A stretch of DNA of 64,000 bases, taken from IMG/VR virus record IMGVR_UViG_3300032242_002041, positions 1 through 64,000 of that record, one strand, 5' to 3'. This document shows positions 31,651 through 40,390 of the stretch, piece by piece (position 1 is the first letter of the stretch; the number at the start of each line of letters is the position of its first letter). The translations under genes and the position numbers were made by a program. Under the pieces are notes generated by a model that did no database searches, had not been told where the DNA came from, and was given only the letters and a program-made list of their open reading frames with translations.

Positions 31651-32175
31651 TGTACCAGTGTGATTTGTTGCTGAAACGTTACCGGCAATGACGTTGCCAG
31701 TGACACTTAATAATCCGGTGATATATTCGCCTGTGGTGGCAAACACTGCTACGTTAGCAGTTCCGCCAACGCTGACAGCAACGTTGCCGCCAGATGTACC
31801 AATGTTGACATTGGATGTGCCGTTGGTGATATTGCTGGCGTTAAAGCTGACCACGTTGTTACTGATACTGGTAACACGACCTTTGGAGTCAACTGTTACA
31901 GTAGGAATACTTGTACTGTTACCATATGTTCCAGCAGTCACACCTGAGTTGGCCAAGGTAGTAGTGATTGCAGTTTGACCAGAACCAGTGACATCGCCGG
32001 TTAAACTAATAGTTTGATTTTGAGTAAGGTTAATGATAGCATCGCTACCATTATTGATCTTGGTAAACAAATTACCATCGTTTGTGTTGATAGCCAATTC
32101 GCCCAGAGCCAAACTACCTGTGGTTGGTACAGCATTTGCTATGGCATTGCGTTTTAATAAAATTTGATTACTCAT
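26836..32175 (-). CDS. Giant repeat-rich fibre protein with C-terminal intramolecular-chaperone-like domain
   Basis: 1779 aa: MSNQILLKR start, 21-aa repeats and a YADLAEMY...GRVP C-terminal domain. Confidence 0.8.
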   Translation of the reverse strand: MSNQILLKRNAIANAVPTTGSLALGELAINTNDGNLFTKINNGSDAIINLTQNQTISLTGDVTGSGQTAITTTLANSGVTAGTYGNSTSIPTVTVDSKGRVTSISNNVVSFNASNITNGTSNVNIGTSGGNVAVSVGGTANVAVFATTGEYITGLLSVTGNVIAGNVSATNHTGTNVSVTGTVTAASTVGGVITGSSASVTGAVSGASASVSGGVTAASVAGGVITGTSTSVTGTQTAASTVGGVITGTSASVTGNVTGGNVNYGTGTVSGTGTVLAATVNAATIGNALASIVGGTVSAATIGNTGTAHVGTSVSVTGTATAASTVGGVITGTSTSVTGSQTAASTVGGVITGTSTSVTGSQTAASTVGGVITGTSTSVTGTQTAASTVGGVITGSSTSVTGAVQGASASVSGGVTAASVAGGVITGTSTSVTGTQTAASTVGGVITGTSTSVSGAVTAASVAGGVITGTSTSVTGSQTAASTVGGVITGSSTSVTGAVSGASASVSGGVTAASVAGGVITGTSTSVTGSQTAASTVGGVITGSSTSVTGAVSGASASVSGGVTAASVAGGVITGSSTSVTGSQTAASTVGGVITGSSVSVTGAVSGASASVSGGVTAASVAGGVITGTSTSVTGGVTAASVAGGVITGTSVSVSANVTGGNINTGGQVSATGTATVGNLVVSNNANILGNLNVQGNVTFINSNVITVNDLYIELANNQTTYANINGAGLNVGPQGTPLTNWTYATVANAWTTNVGISATSTVTGGNLATAGTVSATGNVTGGNVLTGGIISSTGNITTAGYFVGAFAGSISGNVTAGGSNTQIQYNNSGNLAGSSAFTFTQTTNALSVGGTITGGNLATAGTISSTGNITGGNISATNHTGTNVSVTGTVTAASTVGGVITGTSTSVTGTQTAASTVGGVITGTSTSVTGSQTAASTVGGVITGSSASVTGAVQGASASVSGGVTAASVAGGVITGTSTSVTGTQTAASTVGGVITGTSTSVTGSQTAASTVGGVITGSSVSVTGAVSGASASVSGGVTAASVAGGVITGTSTSVTGSQTAASTVGGVITGTSTSVTGTQTAASTVGGVITGTSTSVTGSQTAASTVGGVITGTSTSVTGSQTAASTVGGVITGSSTSVTGAVSGATVSASGNVTGGNVLTGGIVSATGNITGGNIVLPGSGGSISGSGNITGGNILTGGIVSATGNITGNYILGNGASLTGVITSVANINLGNSNVTVTASGGNIAASVGGTSNVVVWATTGEYVTGVVSASGNVTGGNILSTGLISTSGNIVGGGVRSTSSGTAPASPTVGDFWYNTTTNVQYRYTFDGTSYYWIDDFGATVGSGGTFSAIVNGTSQANIGAGGGNLAISINGTPNVAVFANSGLQINGDLTVTGNATLTGNILGDRIQNGTTMIDIQTQNGNANITIGGTSNVAVFATTGLYIGGVVSATGAVTGASVVGGVITGTSVSVTGGVTASSVAGGVITGTSTSVTGSQTAASTVGGVITGSSASVTGAVSGASASVSGGVTAASVAGGVITGTSTSVTGGVTAASVAGGVITGSSASVTGAVTGASLVGTITTASQTNITSVGTLGSLSVSGNITGGNLSVSTGTITVGSIVNANANAVGNIGSATTYFNTVFAKATSALYADLAEMYTADEEYPPGTVVIFDGDAEVTQSTSDHDSRVAGIVSTNPSYVMNAGLEGTTTATVALTGRVPCQVQGPVTKGQILVSGTVPGTAMAIEAGRFQPGVVIGKSLETITDNSVQIIEVAVGRF

Positions 32176-32183
32176 AATCTATC

Positions 32184-33029
32184 CTAATATGATCCTGCAT
32201 CTACTACCTGGAAGTCGTTAATTATCTTATACCACGACGTCCACGTTCCACTATAAAGTGTTCTATCCCACTGGATTTTCGCATTATTCAATGTTACTGT
32301 TCCAGGGTAAAATGTTTGTGTTGTTGTTGCTCCACTTGTCAACACTACTAATAATCCTGTATACACTGTACTATCTACTGGGGCTCCGGTTACACCGCTC
32401 CACGAGGTACGATTTACATTGTATGTTCCCATATTTATCAAGCTATTCCAATTATCTGTGTCTGAGCCACGATCTATGGCCACATTAGGAGCGACAATGT
32501 TGCCGGTGACACTGAGCGTTCCTACTATTACTGTACCGGTCGAACTTACTGTTAATACATTGGCCACACCGGCGCTACTAATAGTCACATTGGCATTGCT
32601 GTTGACTACAACATTGCTAGAGCCGCTTGAAATTGAGTTTGCTGAATAGTTTTGTGTGAATACCAGGGCTGTAGACCCAATTAAGATTGGGTTATCGGTG
32701 ATCAATTTCCACTGAGTATCGGCATATATGGAACCCTCAGTGACCATGATGATCATGCCAGCTTCAATTTCGCCGTTGTCGTTGCCGTCACTTGTTCTAG
32801 CCCAGGTACCGTTGGAGCCTGTGCCCACTGTGGCTACATAGTAAAGGCCGTTTTGACTGGCTGTAGTTTGCCCTGTAACCAAAACTCTATCGTTTTGAAC
32901 AAGAGTTACACCGTCAACCACAGTTGGGGTGCCGCCTGCTAGTGTGACGTTGGTTACAGTAACTACACGAGTAGCTTGCTTGTAATCAAGGTTAAAAATC
33001 TGCGCGGCACGCGGTCTAGTTAAGGCCAT
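32184..33029 (-). CDS. Fibre-associated protein
   Basis: 281 aa. The DGVTL...DRVLV..Q....NGLY module is related to modules in the 1477- and 1620-aa fibres. Ends VDAGSY. Confidence 0.7.
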   Translation of the reverse strand: MALTRPRAAQIFNLDYKQATRVVTVTNVTLAGGTPTVVDGVTLVQNDRVLVTGQTTASQNGLYYVATVGTGSNGTWARTSDGNDNGEIEAGMIIMVTEGSIYADTQWKLITDNPILIGSTALVFTQNYSANSISSGSSNVVVNSNANVTISSAGVANVLTVSSTGTVIVGTLSVTGNIVAPNVAIDRGSDTDNWNSLINMGTYNVNRTSWSGVTGAPVDSTVYTGLLVVLTSGATTTQTFYPGTVTLNNAKIQWDRTLYSGTWTSWYKIINDFQVVDAGSY

Positions 33030-33067
33030 AGTCTATCCAGTATTAGCTAATATTTAGTCAAAAAAAC

Positions 33068-33090
33068 AAATAGGGCTTAGAGCCCTATTT
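33068..33090. terminator. Intrinsic terminator (bidirectional-type) after pirin
   Basis: AAATAGGGCT-TAG-AGCCCTATTT flanked by A/T runs. Confidence 0.8.
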
Positions 33091-33108
33091 TGTAATAAAA
33101 TTTATTGT

Positions 33109-33780
33109 TTAAACCAGGTCAAACAAGATCATTTCTGATTCCGCAGGATTGAGTATTTCTATTTCTATTTCATTTTCAAAACTCAATCCGTCGCCTTCTA
33201 CTACCGGTTGATCGTTTATAGTAGCTGTACCTGTGACTACGTATAGATAATAGTGACGGCTAGGATCAATCCAGTAGGTAAAATCTTCGGTAAAAATGCC
33301 GGCTAACAAACGGGCATCTTGATGTATAGGCAGATACTCAGTTATGTTACAAAAACAGTTGAGTTTGTCCTCACGAGAGAACTGGTGCCAGACATGTGCA
33401 GGTTTGGTATCCAGCTTGTTGGGCTGTATCCATAACTGTAAGTAACGATTAGGAGTGTTGGCAGTATTACCTTCGGTATGGCTTATACCTGATCCACAAC
33501 TCATACGCTGAACAGCACCAGCAGGTACTTCTACATCATTACCAAGACTATCCACATGATGGCTGCTACCTTCTACAACATAGCCAAAGATTTCCATGTT
33601 CTTGTGTTCATGCCAAGGTACTTGCCAGGCATACTGAACACGGTCATCATTGATGGTTTGAAGGTCGCTATAGTTCATATAGCGACTGTCGTAATAACTA
33701 GGGAAACTAAACGTCCTGTAACTGTTTATAAAATCTGCTCTAGGATTTCCCCTAGTATTAGCAGGACGATGTAATATCAT
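33109..33780 (-). CDS. Pirin-family cupin (YhhW/quercetinase-like)
   Basis: TFSF..YYD, INDD, HEHKNMEI..YV.EG..HHVDSLGN and QRMS.GSGI.H.E motifs. Confidence 0.9.
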   Translation of the reverse strand: MILHRPANTRGNPRADFINSYRTFSFPSYYDSRYMNYSDLQTINDDRVQYAWQVPWHEHKNMEIFGYVVEGSSHHVDSLGNDVEVPAGAVQRMSCGSGISHTEGNTANTPNRYLQLWIQPNKLDTKPAHVWHQFSREDKLNCFCNITEYLPIHQDARLLAGIFTEDFTYWIDPSRHYYLYVVTGTATINDQPVVEGDGLSFENEIEIEILNPAESEMILFDLV

Positions 33781-34326
33781 TTAGCACCATTGATTTGTGT
33801 TAACGATATTTGGTGTAATTATTGTAAATGTAGCAGGTAAGTTCCAAGTTCCTGCTAATGTGTAAATAGGACCGTTGTAGTAACCAGTTCCAGAAGTTTG
33901 CCAGATAGGATTAGCGGTATCAACCACACCCATATCCAACCATGCGTTATTGTCGCCGGCGTCATACAAACGCATAACGACCACACCAGATGCAAGTGTG
34001 CTACCGGCTCCCCAGACCACATTGAACATATAAGCATCAGTGCTGGGATTCAATCCATTACTGGCCCAGTACGCACGAATCTCAGCAAGTTTGGCAGGAC
34101 TACCGCCGTTGTTTAAACTTAAACTAGGCTCCCAAAATGCTTCTCCTGGACCACTTTGTCCAGTAGTGGTAAATCCTATGTTACCGTTAGGGGATATATA
34201 GTTTCCACCATAGGAAATAGTAAAGTCTGTTGAACTTAGTGAAAATGATGCTCCACTGCTAACACCTATGCCCCAGCCAGGTCCTATGCTTACTCCGGGT
34301 CCTATTGATACGTTATATGCTACCAT
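33781..34326 (-). CDS. Small IGPG-tagged virion/adhesin paralogue
   Basis: SIGPGVSIGPGW N-terminus, WGAGS, PATFT and a C-terminal WC. Confidence 0.65.
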   Translation of the reverse strand: MVAYNVSIGPGVSIGPGWGIGVSSGASFSLSSTDFTISYGGNYISPNGNIGFTTTGQSGPGEAFWEPSLSLNNGGSPAKLAEIRAYWASNGLNPSTDAYMFNVVWGAGSTLASGVVVMRLYDAGDNNAWLDMGVVDTANPIWQTSGTGYYNGPIYTLAGTWNLPATFTIITPNIVNTNQWC

Positions 34327-34348
34327 GATTTGTTTTCCTTAATGTTGT

Positions 34349-34903
34349 TTAACACCAACCGCCCTTGTTAATGGCCGGAGTTACCAAAGTGAATGTTGCT
34401 GGGAACAAAAATGTGCCGGCAAGTTCTTGAGTAGTGTTGTTGTTGGGTGGATCAGTATTCCAGCCTGTGACTGTAGTGTCTACTGGAGCAATAAAAAGAT
34501 TGCCAGTAGAATTACTTGTTCCAGACATTATGACATATCCGTTAGTAATACTACTGCCGGCTCCCCAGGTAACTGACCATAAAGCAGCTTGATTGGCGCT
34601 TGTCAGCACGTTTGAGTTCTGTAAGTTAGTGAAGAAATCTGCAACAGGTTGACTGTTGATGTTTACATAGTAAGGACTAAATGCCGTGTAGTTAAAATTA
34701 GAGCTATCAGGAGGAATGTTGGAAAGATTTACAATAAATCCATCTACTCCGTTTGTGCCCACTGGTGTAGGATAGTCAACTGTGGCTGAATTATTGTAGG
34801 AATATCCTGTGGTAAAGTCAGATGACTGTAGCGTGATTGAATGTCCGCTACTAATACTAAATCCTGGTCCTATGCTGAATCCTGGTCCTATGCTGAATGA
34901 CAT
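34349..34903 (-). CDS. Small IGPG-tagged virion/adhesin paralogue
   Basis: SIGPGFSIGPGF N-terminus, WGAGS, FPATFT and a C-terminal WC. Confidence 0.65.
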   Translation of the reverse strand: MSFSIGPGFSIGPGFSISSGHSITLQSSDFTTGYSYNNSATVDYPTPVGTNGVDGFIVNLSNIPPDSSNFNYTAFSPYYVNINSQPVADFFTNLQNSNVLTSANQAALWSVTWGAGSSITNGYVIMSGTSNSTGNLFIAPVDTTVTGWNTDPPNNNTTQELAGTFLFPATFTLVTPAINKGGWC

Positions 34904-34913
34904 GTGTTATTCC

Positions 34914-35357
34914 TTAGCTAAATGTAACTGGGAATATGAACGTTGCTGGGAAACTGACCACATCATTCATAAAGAATACAATCACGCCAGGTTGTCCAGA
35001 TTGATCATTTTGTTGAAGATTGACTGTCATTGTAGTAGTTGTGCTTCCAGATGACCAGGTCACAGTTCGATTGCCTGTGCCGTAGGTACTAAAGAATGCT
35101 TGATTATTGGCAGTTAGATAACTGACAGCAACACCGTTTGAAGTACTTCCAGACCCACTGGTGGCGTTGAGAATAAATCCATTGCTGATCATTGTGGCTG
35201 TTTGGTCTTCTATCCATTGCTGACTGTTGCCACTCTGAGTCATCTCGGTGAAGCCAACGACTCCGTTACTGCCGCTAGGGCCAGCGCCGCCGCCTGTGCC
35301 TACTGTCCATCCAGGTCCTACTGTCCAGCCTGGTCCAAATGTTGTTGGTGCTACCAT
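34914..35357 (-). CDS. Small GPG-tagged virion/adhesin paralogue
   Basis: FGPGWTVGPGWTV N-terminus, WSSGS and FPVTFS. Confidence 0.6.
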   Translation of the reverse strand: MVAPTTFGPGWTVGPGWTVGTGGGAGPSGSNGVVGFTEMTQSGNSQQWIEDQTATMISNGFILNATSGSGSTSNGVAVSYLTANNQAFFSTYGTGNRTVTWSSGSTTTTMTVNLQQNDQSGQPGVIVFFMNDVVSFPATFIFPVTFS

Positions 35358-35413
35358 ACGTCGTTATCCTTTGTTAATGTTAGTACCGGGCTGTTACACC
35401 CGGCACTGTCTTT

Positions 35414-38400
35414 TTACTTTTGAATCTGCGCTTTTATTGCTTCGATATCTTGTCTTAACTCTTTGACTGTTTCAATCAAAAATGGTATTACCATTATATA
35501 GTTAACTGACTTGATACCTTCTGCATTTGTACTAACTGCTTCAGGAAGTATTTGTTCTACTGCCTGTGCAATCATACCGTATGCGTGACCAGATCCATCT
35601 TTCCAATCGTATCCAACACCTTGCAATCCATCAACTACTTGACCGGCATTGACTATTGGTGTAACATTGTCTTTGAGACTAGCATCACTGGTATTAACAA
35701 AGTTCTGTGCATATACATTTCCACTTACAACCAAGTTGCCTGTGGCAGCAATATTTGAACTTCCGTCTACAACACTGATTTCAGCAGTTCCAAGACCGTT
35801 ACTGATACTGTAAACAGTTGTAGTAGTGGTCAACACACGAACGTCAATCAAGTCGCCTACTGCAGGAGCTTCAGTAAATGTAAGTGTCACACCGCTGACA
35901 GCATAAGCTGTTGTTGGAATCTGTTGCACACCGTTGATACTGACAATTGTACCAGCTGTGGTAGCATTTCCACTCAATGTAAACACTACTGTAGTGCCAT
36001 CACCGTTGAACTGTTGATCAGTGATCAATGTATAACTTGGAGCACCTACTTGAGTCCACATGTTGTTGTCATACACTTCTAAATAATTAGTAGTTGTATT
36101 AAAACGGAACTGACCAGTTGAACCCACAGGACGCTGTGCGCTGTTACCAACCGGAACTTTGATACTGTTGGTTGCGTTAAACGACACAATTGAATTGATT
36201 GTTTGTGTAGCATTTCCAAAACTAGCTGTGCCTGTACCTGCGTCAACAAAGAACGTAATATTACCTGTACTGTCGTAGATACCAGTATTGGTATTCAACT
36301 GACTGTAGTTTAAGAACAAGTTGGCCGCTGGGCTATCAATACCACCTGATGTTGTAACCAAGAAATTGCCTTCAACATTGCCTGTAGCACTGAGGTTGCC
36401 AGCTGTGGTGTCACCCGGTATATTTACTGTAGAGGTTGTGTTACCTAAAGTCAGTGTGGCGCTGGTAGTATTAGCACCTATCTGAATCAAGTTAGGATAT
36501 TGATCTCCAATAGAAATTTTGCCGCCGCCTGGGTTGGCAACTCCTATACTAAGGAAAGTACTGTTTGTCCAAATTTGACTAGAATTTAGACGAATATTTT
36601 CAGCTGTTACATTACCTGTGGTACTGACATTACCGTTAATGTTAATGCCAGTGTCGTAGAATGTAGCAACAACGTTTGAACTAGTGCCAATAGCAACAAC
36701 TACGTTACCATTTGGAGTAATAACATTGGCGTAGCTTCCACCATTGGTAATTTTAGTTGAGCTTACATTGGCGGCATTAATGTTACTGATATAGTAGCCA
36801 TCACCAAACAAATAATTGGCTGTTATAATATTACCAGTTGCTGATACATAGCCACCAGTTAAAATGTTACCACCAGTTACGTTACCACCAGCTGAAATAT
36901 TTCCGGCTCCTGTGATATTTCCGTTAGAGCCACTGGTTTTTAAGTTGCCGCCGGTGACATCACCTGTGGCACTTACATAACCACCTGTGGCAATGTTGCC
37001 GCCAGTTACTGTACCTGTTGCACTAACCGCACCTGCTGTGTTTACGTTGCCGGCTGTTACAGTGCCTATAGCACTTACATAGCCACTTGCGGTTACGTTG
37101 GCCAAATTGGCTATGCCACTGACACTAACTCCGTTCAGGATGCCAACGCTTGTCAGACTTGAGTTGACTACGTTGTTGGCAATGAATGTGCCTGTTAAGG
37201 TTTCAGCGTTGGCTGAACTGGCTGTAACACCTGTTAACTGGCTACCATTACCAATGATATAATTACCAGTGACGTTGCCTGTAGCACTTACATAGCCGCC
37301 TGTGGCCACATTACCTACTGTGGCTGTACCTGTGGCACTTACGACTCCTGTGGTCAATAAATTACCACCGTGAACATCGCTTGTGGCCGACACTTGACCG
37401 GCTGTGATTAAATTACCACCAGTTACGTCGCCTGTGGCTGTTACAAAACCAGTAGTAGAAACATTTGCACCATAAATTGTATCACCCGATGTAACTGATC
37501 CAGTTGCACTTACTAAGCCGCTGGTTAGAACATTGCCGCCTGTAATGTTGCCTGTACCAGAAATTGTTCCACCAGTAGACAAATTACCACCTGTTACTGT
37601 ACCGGTAGCACTTACTGTACCACCTGTGGCTAAATTACCTACTGTGGCTGTGCCGGTGGCACTTACTGTACCGCCTGTGGCCAAGTTGCCACCTGTTACT
37701 GTACTGGTTACACTTAGGCTTGTACCTGTTGCAGCACCAATGTTAGGTGTTGTTAAATTAGCACCAGCTTTGACAATAATGTTACCTAAGCCGTCAAAGG
37801 CTGTAGTGTTGTTGTCAACTTTGGCACTGAATACTGTGCCAGTTAAGCTGATACCAGCTGCTGTGTTGGCTGTGTATGCTGTAACTTGGCTGAATACTGC
37901 AAACGTAATATCACTTGTACCAAAAGTAATTGTTCCTGTTGGCGCATTAACAACAAACGCAGTACCTGCATTAACGTTACCATTGGTTGTAAAGAAGTAG
38001 TCGTTCAAACTTAGAGTATTTGGTTGTGTACCATATGTATCAGTGTCTAGGGTACGAACAATTGTTGTAGCATTGGCCCAACCGTACACACCGTTCCAGG
38101 CAGCATTGGCTTCGTTCTTGATCAGGATACGTGTGCCAACTGTTTGAACATTGGCTGTGTCAATTAAATCAAACGAGCCTGTGGTTTGCAAATATGCACC
38201 AACACCGTTACTTACACCATTGGGTTGAGCATAGCTAACTGTACCACCTGTGGCTGTGTCCAACGTTGTTGAGGTAGCCGCATAAACTGGTGTGTGGAAG
38301 GTTAATCCTGTTGATGCAAGATTGTCAACATATAGTTTATTGGCCGCATCTTGATCTTGCGCTGGATAGGCTACACCGTTGATATAGGTGTTGGCCAGTA

Positions 38401-40276
38401 CAACATTACCAAAGGTGCCAAGATTAATATTTCCTGTACCTGCGGACAAGGTCAATGCAGTTGCACCATATACTTGTGCGGTGTTTACATTGGCACCTGT
38501 AATATTGCCTGTGGCACTTACTGTACCACCAGTGTTGATGTTGCCACCGTTTACATTGCCACTTGCAGTTACCAAACCGCTGGTGTTGATATTGCCACCA
38601 GTGATGTTGCCAGCACCAGACAATTCGCCACCTGATCCGCTGGTATAAATGTTGCCGCCAGTGATTGAACCTGTGGCACTTACAGCACCACCTGTGTATA
38701 AATTAGCACCAGTAATGTCCCCGCTAGCACTTGCATAACCATTAGCGTTTACATTAGCACCTGTGATATCTCCACTAGCTGAAACAGTACCACCTGTGGC
38801 CAAATTGCCACCAGTTACTGTACCAGAAGCTGTTACAATACCGATTGTGTTTACGTTGCCACCGGTTACGTCGCCTGTGGCACTTACATAGCCACTAGTA
38901 TTGATGTTACCACCTGTTTGGGTAACTTCTCCGTTGACACTAAGGCTAGTTAGTACTCCAACTGTTTGTAGGCTTGAATTGATTACGGTAGAATTAAGGA
39001 ATGTGCCTGTTAAGGTTTCAGCATTGGCTGAGTCAGCTGTGACGCCTGAGATGTAACGTCCATTACCAACAAAGTAGTTAGAAGTTGCAATATTACCTGT
39101 GGCAGTTACAACTCCGCCAGTTACAAGGTTAGCACCGGTTACTTCGCCTGTGGCAGTTATCAAACCACCTGTTATGATGTTGCCGCCAATGATGTTGCCA
39201 GAACCACTGATGTCTCCGCCTGATCCGCTGGTATAAAGGTTACCACCTGTGATCGAACCAGTGGCACTTACAGCACCACCTGTGTATAAATTAGCACCGG
39301 TTACATCACCTGACGCACTTGCATAGCCGCCTGTGACCAAGTTGCCACCAGTTACTGTACCAGAGGCTGTTACCACACCAGTTGTGTTTACGTTACCACC
39401 AGTTACGTCGCCTGTGGCACTTACATATCCGCCAGTGGCAATGTTGCCACCTGTTACTGTACCGGTAGCACTTACTTGACCACCTGTGGCCAAATTACCA
39501 GAGGTTGTGTTGCCGCTTACAGATAAGTTGGACAATACGCCAACTGTTTGTAGACTTGAATTAATTACATTGTTGGCAAGGAATGTTCCGGTTAGTGTTT
39601 CAGCATTGGCTGAATCGGCTGTGACGCCTGTAATATTGCGACCATTACCGAAGAAATAATTGGCTGTTGTAATATTGCCAGTGGCACTAACATAACCGGC
39701 TGTTAGAATGTTGCCGCCTGTGATGTTGCCGCCTGCACTGGCTGTTCCAGCAGTGGCCAAGTTACCACCTGTGACGGTGCCTGTGACATTGGCATCACTG
39801 ATGATGTTTCCACCCAAACTGGTTGTGCCTGAAATTTTAACATTGCCACCAATGGTAGCATTGGCTGTGTGGATATTGGCATAGCCTGTGACTGTGATTA
39901 CAGTGTTGGATTCAGCTGTGCTGGTAAAGGCTGTGACAAATTCTTTGGTACTTTCTTGCCATACAAAGGCAATATTTTCGCTAGTACCACGTTGTCCAAT
40001 AAAACCAATGTCCACTGCTGGAGTACCAGTTTGCATACTGGCCAATAAAATAACCGGATCTTCAATTGTGGTAATTGTAGTATCAATTGCTGTGGTATTG
40101 CCTTGAACTGTCAAGTTACCTGTAACTGTCAAGTCTGAACCATAGGTCAGATTGTTGGCAATTTTTGTACTTGTAATTGAGTAGTTTTGTAGTTTGGTAT
40201 TTGCATTAATACCAAGATACACGTTACCTGCTACTGCATCGGTTATTTGATTATTATTAATTCTTGTGACAGCCAT
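35414..40276 (-). CDS. Giant fibre protein with C-terminal peptidase S74-type chaperone domain
   Basis: 1620 aa with SATG.VTGGN repeats and a C-terminal SDASLKDNV...YDWKD...GMIAQ...VNY..VIPFLIETVKEL domain. Confidence 0.85.
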   Translation of the reverse strand: MAVTRINNNQITDAVAGNVYLGINANTKLQNYSITSTKIANNLTYGSDLTVTGNLTVQGNTTAIDTTITTIEDPVILLASMQTGTPAVDIGFIGQRGTSENIAFVWQESTKEFVTAFTSTAESNTVITVTGYANIHTANATIGGNVKISGTTSLGGNIISDANVTGTVTGGNLATAGTASAGGNITGGNILTAGYVSATGNITTANYFFGNGRNITGVTADSANAETLTGTFLANNVINSSLQTVGVLSNLSVSGNTTSGNLATGGQVSATGTVTGGNIATGGYVSATGDVTGGNVNTTGVVTASGTVTGGNLVTGGYASASGDVTGANLYTGGAVSATGSITGGNLYTSGSGGDISGSGNIIGGNIITGGLITATGEVTGANLVTGGVVTATGNIATSNYFVGNGRYISGVTADSANAETLTGTFLNSTVINSSLQTVGVLTSLSVNGEVTQTGGNINTSGYVSATGDVTGGNVNTIGIVTASGTVTGGNLATGGTVSASGDITGANVNANGYASASGDITGANLYTGGAVSATGSITGGNIYTSGSGGELSGAGNITGGNINTSGLVTASGNVNGGNINTGGTVSATGNITGANVNTAQVYGATALTLSAGTGNINLGTFGNVVLANTYINGVAYPAQDQDAANKLYVDNLASTGLTFHTPVYAATSTTLDTATGGTVSYAQPNGVSNGVGAYLQTTGSFDLIDTANVQTVGTRILIKNEANAAWNGVYGWANATTIVRTLDTDTYGTQPNTLSLNDYFFTTNGNVNAGTAFVVNAPTGTITFGTSDITFAVFSQVTAYTANTAAGISLTGTVFSAKVDNNTTAFDGLGNIIVKAGANLTTPNIGAATGTSLSVTSTVTGGNLATGGTVSATGTATVGNLATGGTVSATGTVTGGNLSTGGTISGTGNITGGNVLTSGLVSATGSVTSGDTIYGANVSTTGFVTATGDVTGGNLITAGQVSATSDVHGGNLLTTGVVSATGTATVGNVATGGYVSATGNVTGNYIIGNGSQLTGVTASSANAETLTGTFIANNVVNSSLTSVGILNGVSVSGIANLANVTASGYVSAIGTVTAGNVNTAGAVSATGTVTGGNIATGGYVSATGDVTGGNLKTSGSNGNITGAGNISAGGNVTGGNILTGGYVSATGNIITANYLFGDGYYISNINAANVSSTKITNGGSYANVITPNGNVVVAIGTSSNVVATFYDTGININGNVSTTGNVTAENIRLNSSQIWTNSTFLSIGVANPGGGKISIGDQYPNLIQIGANTTSATLTLGNTTSTVNIPGDTTAGNLSATGNVEGNFLVTTSGGIDSPAANLFLNYSQLNTNTGIYDSTGNITFFVDAGTGTASFGNATQTINSIVSFNATNSIKVPVGNSAQRPVGSTGQFRFNTTTNYLEVYDNNMWTQVGAPSYTLITDQQFNGDGTTVVFTLSGNATTAGTIVSINGVQQIPTTAYAVSGVTLTFTEAPAVGDLIDVRVLTTTTTVYSISNGLGTAEISVVDGSSNIAATGNLVVSGNVYAQNFVNTSDASLKDNVTPIVNAGQVVDGLQGVGYDWKDGSGHAYGMIAQAVEQILPEAVSTNAEGIKSVNYIMVIPFLIETVKELRQDIEAIKAQIQK

Positions 40277-40390
40277 GTTGGTCTCCAGTTAGCCCATTTT
40301 TAATGCCTTAGCAAGAAGGATCTTGCTACAAAATTCGTTAGCCCAGGAGCGGATTTTCCCTCACCCGAATACAAGGCTATGACATATTTA
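40277..40390 (-). promoter_or_regulatory. Late promoter plus structured ~105-nt 5' leader of the 1620-aa fibre gene
   Basis: TAAATA at 40385-40390, stems GCCTT/AAGGC, ATTCG/CGAAT and TAGCAAGA/TCTTGCTA, and a TGGGCTAAC direct repeat. Confidence 0.6.

Noticed and set aside
19966-40106. Many plus-strand ORFs reading VITPPTVLAAV...
   Set aside because: They are antisense shadows of the repetitive minus-strand fibre genes and lack expression signals.
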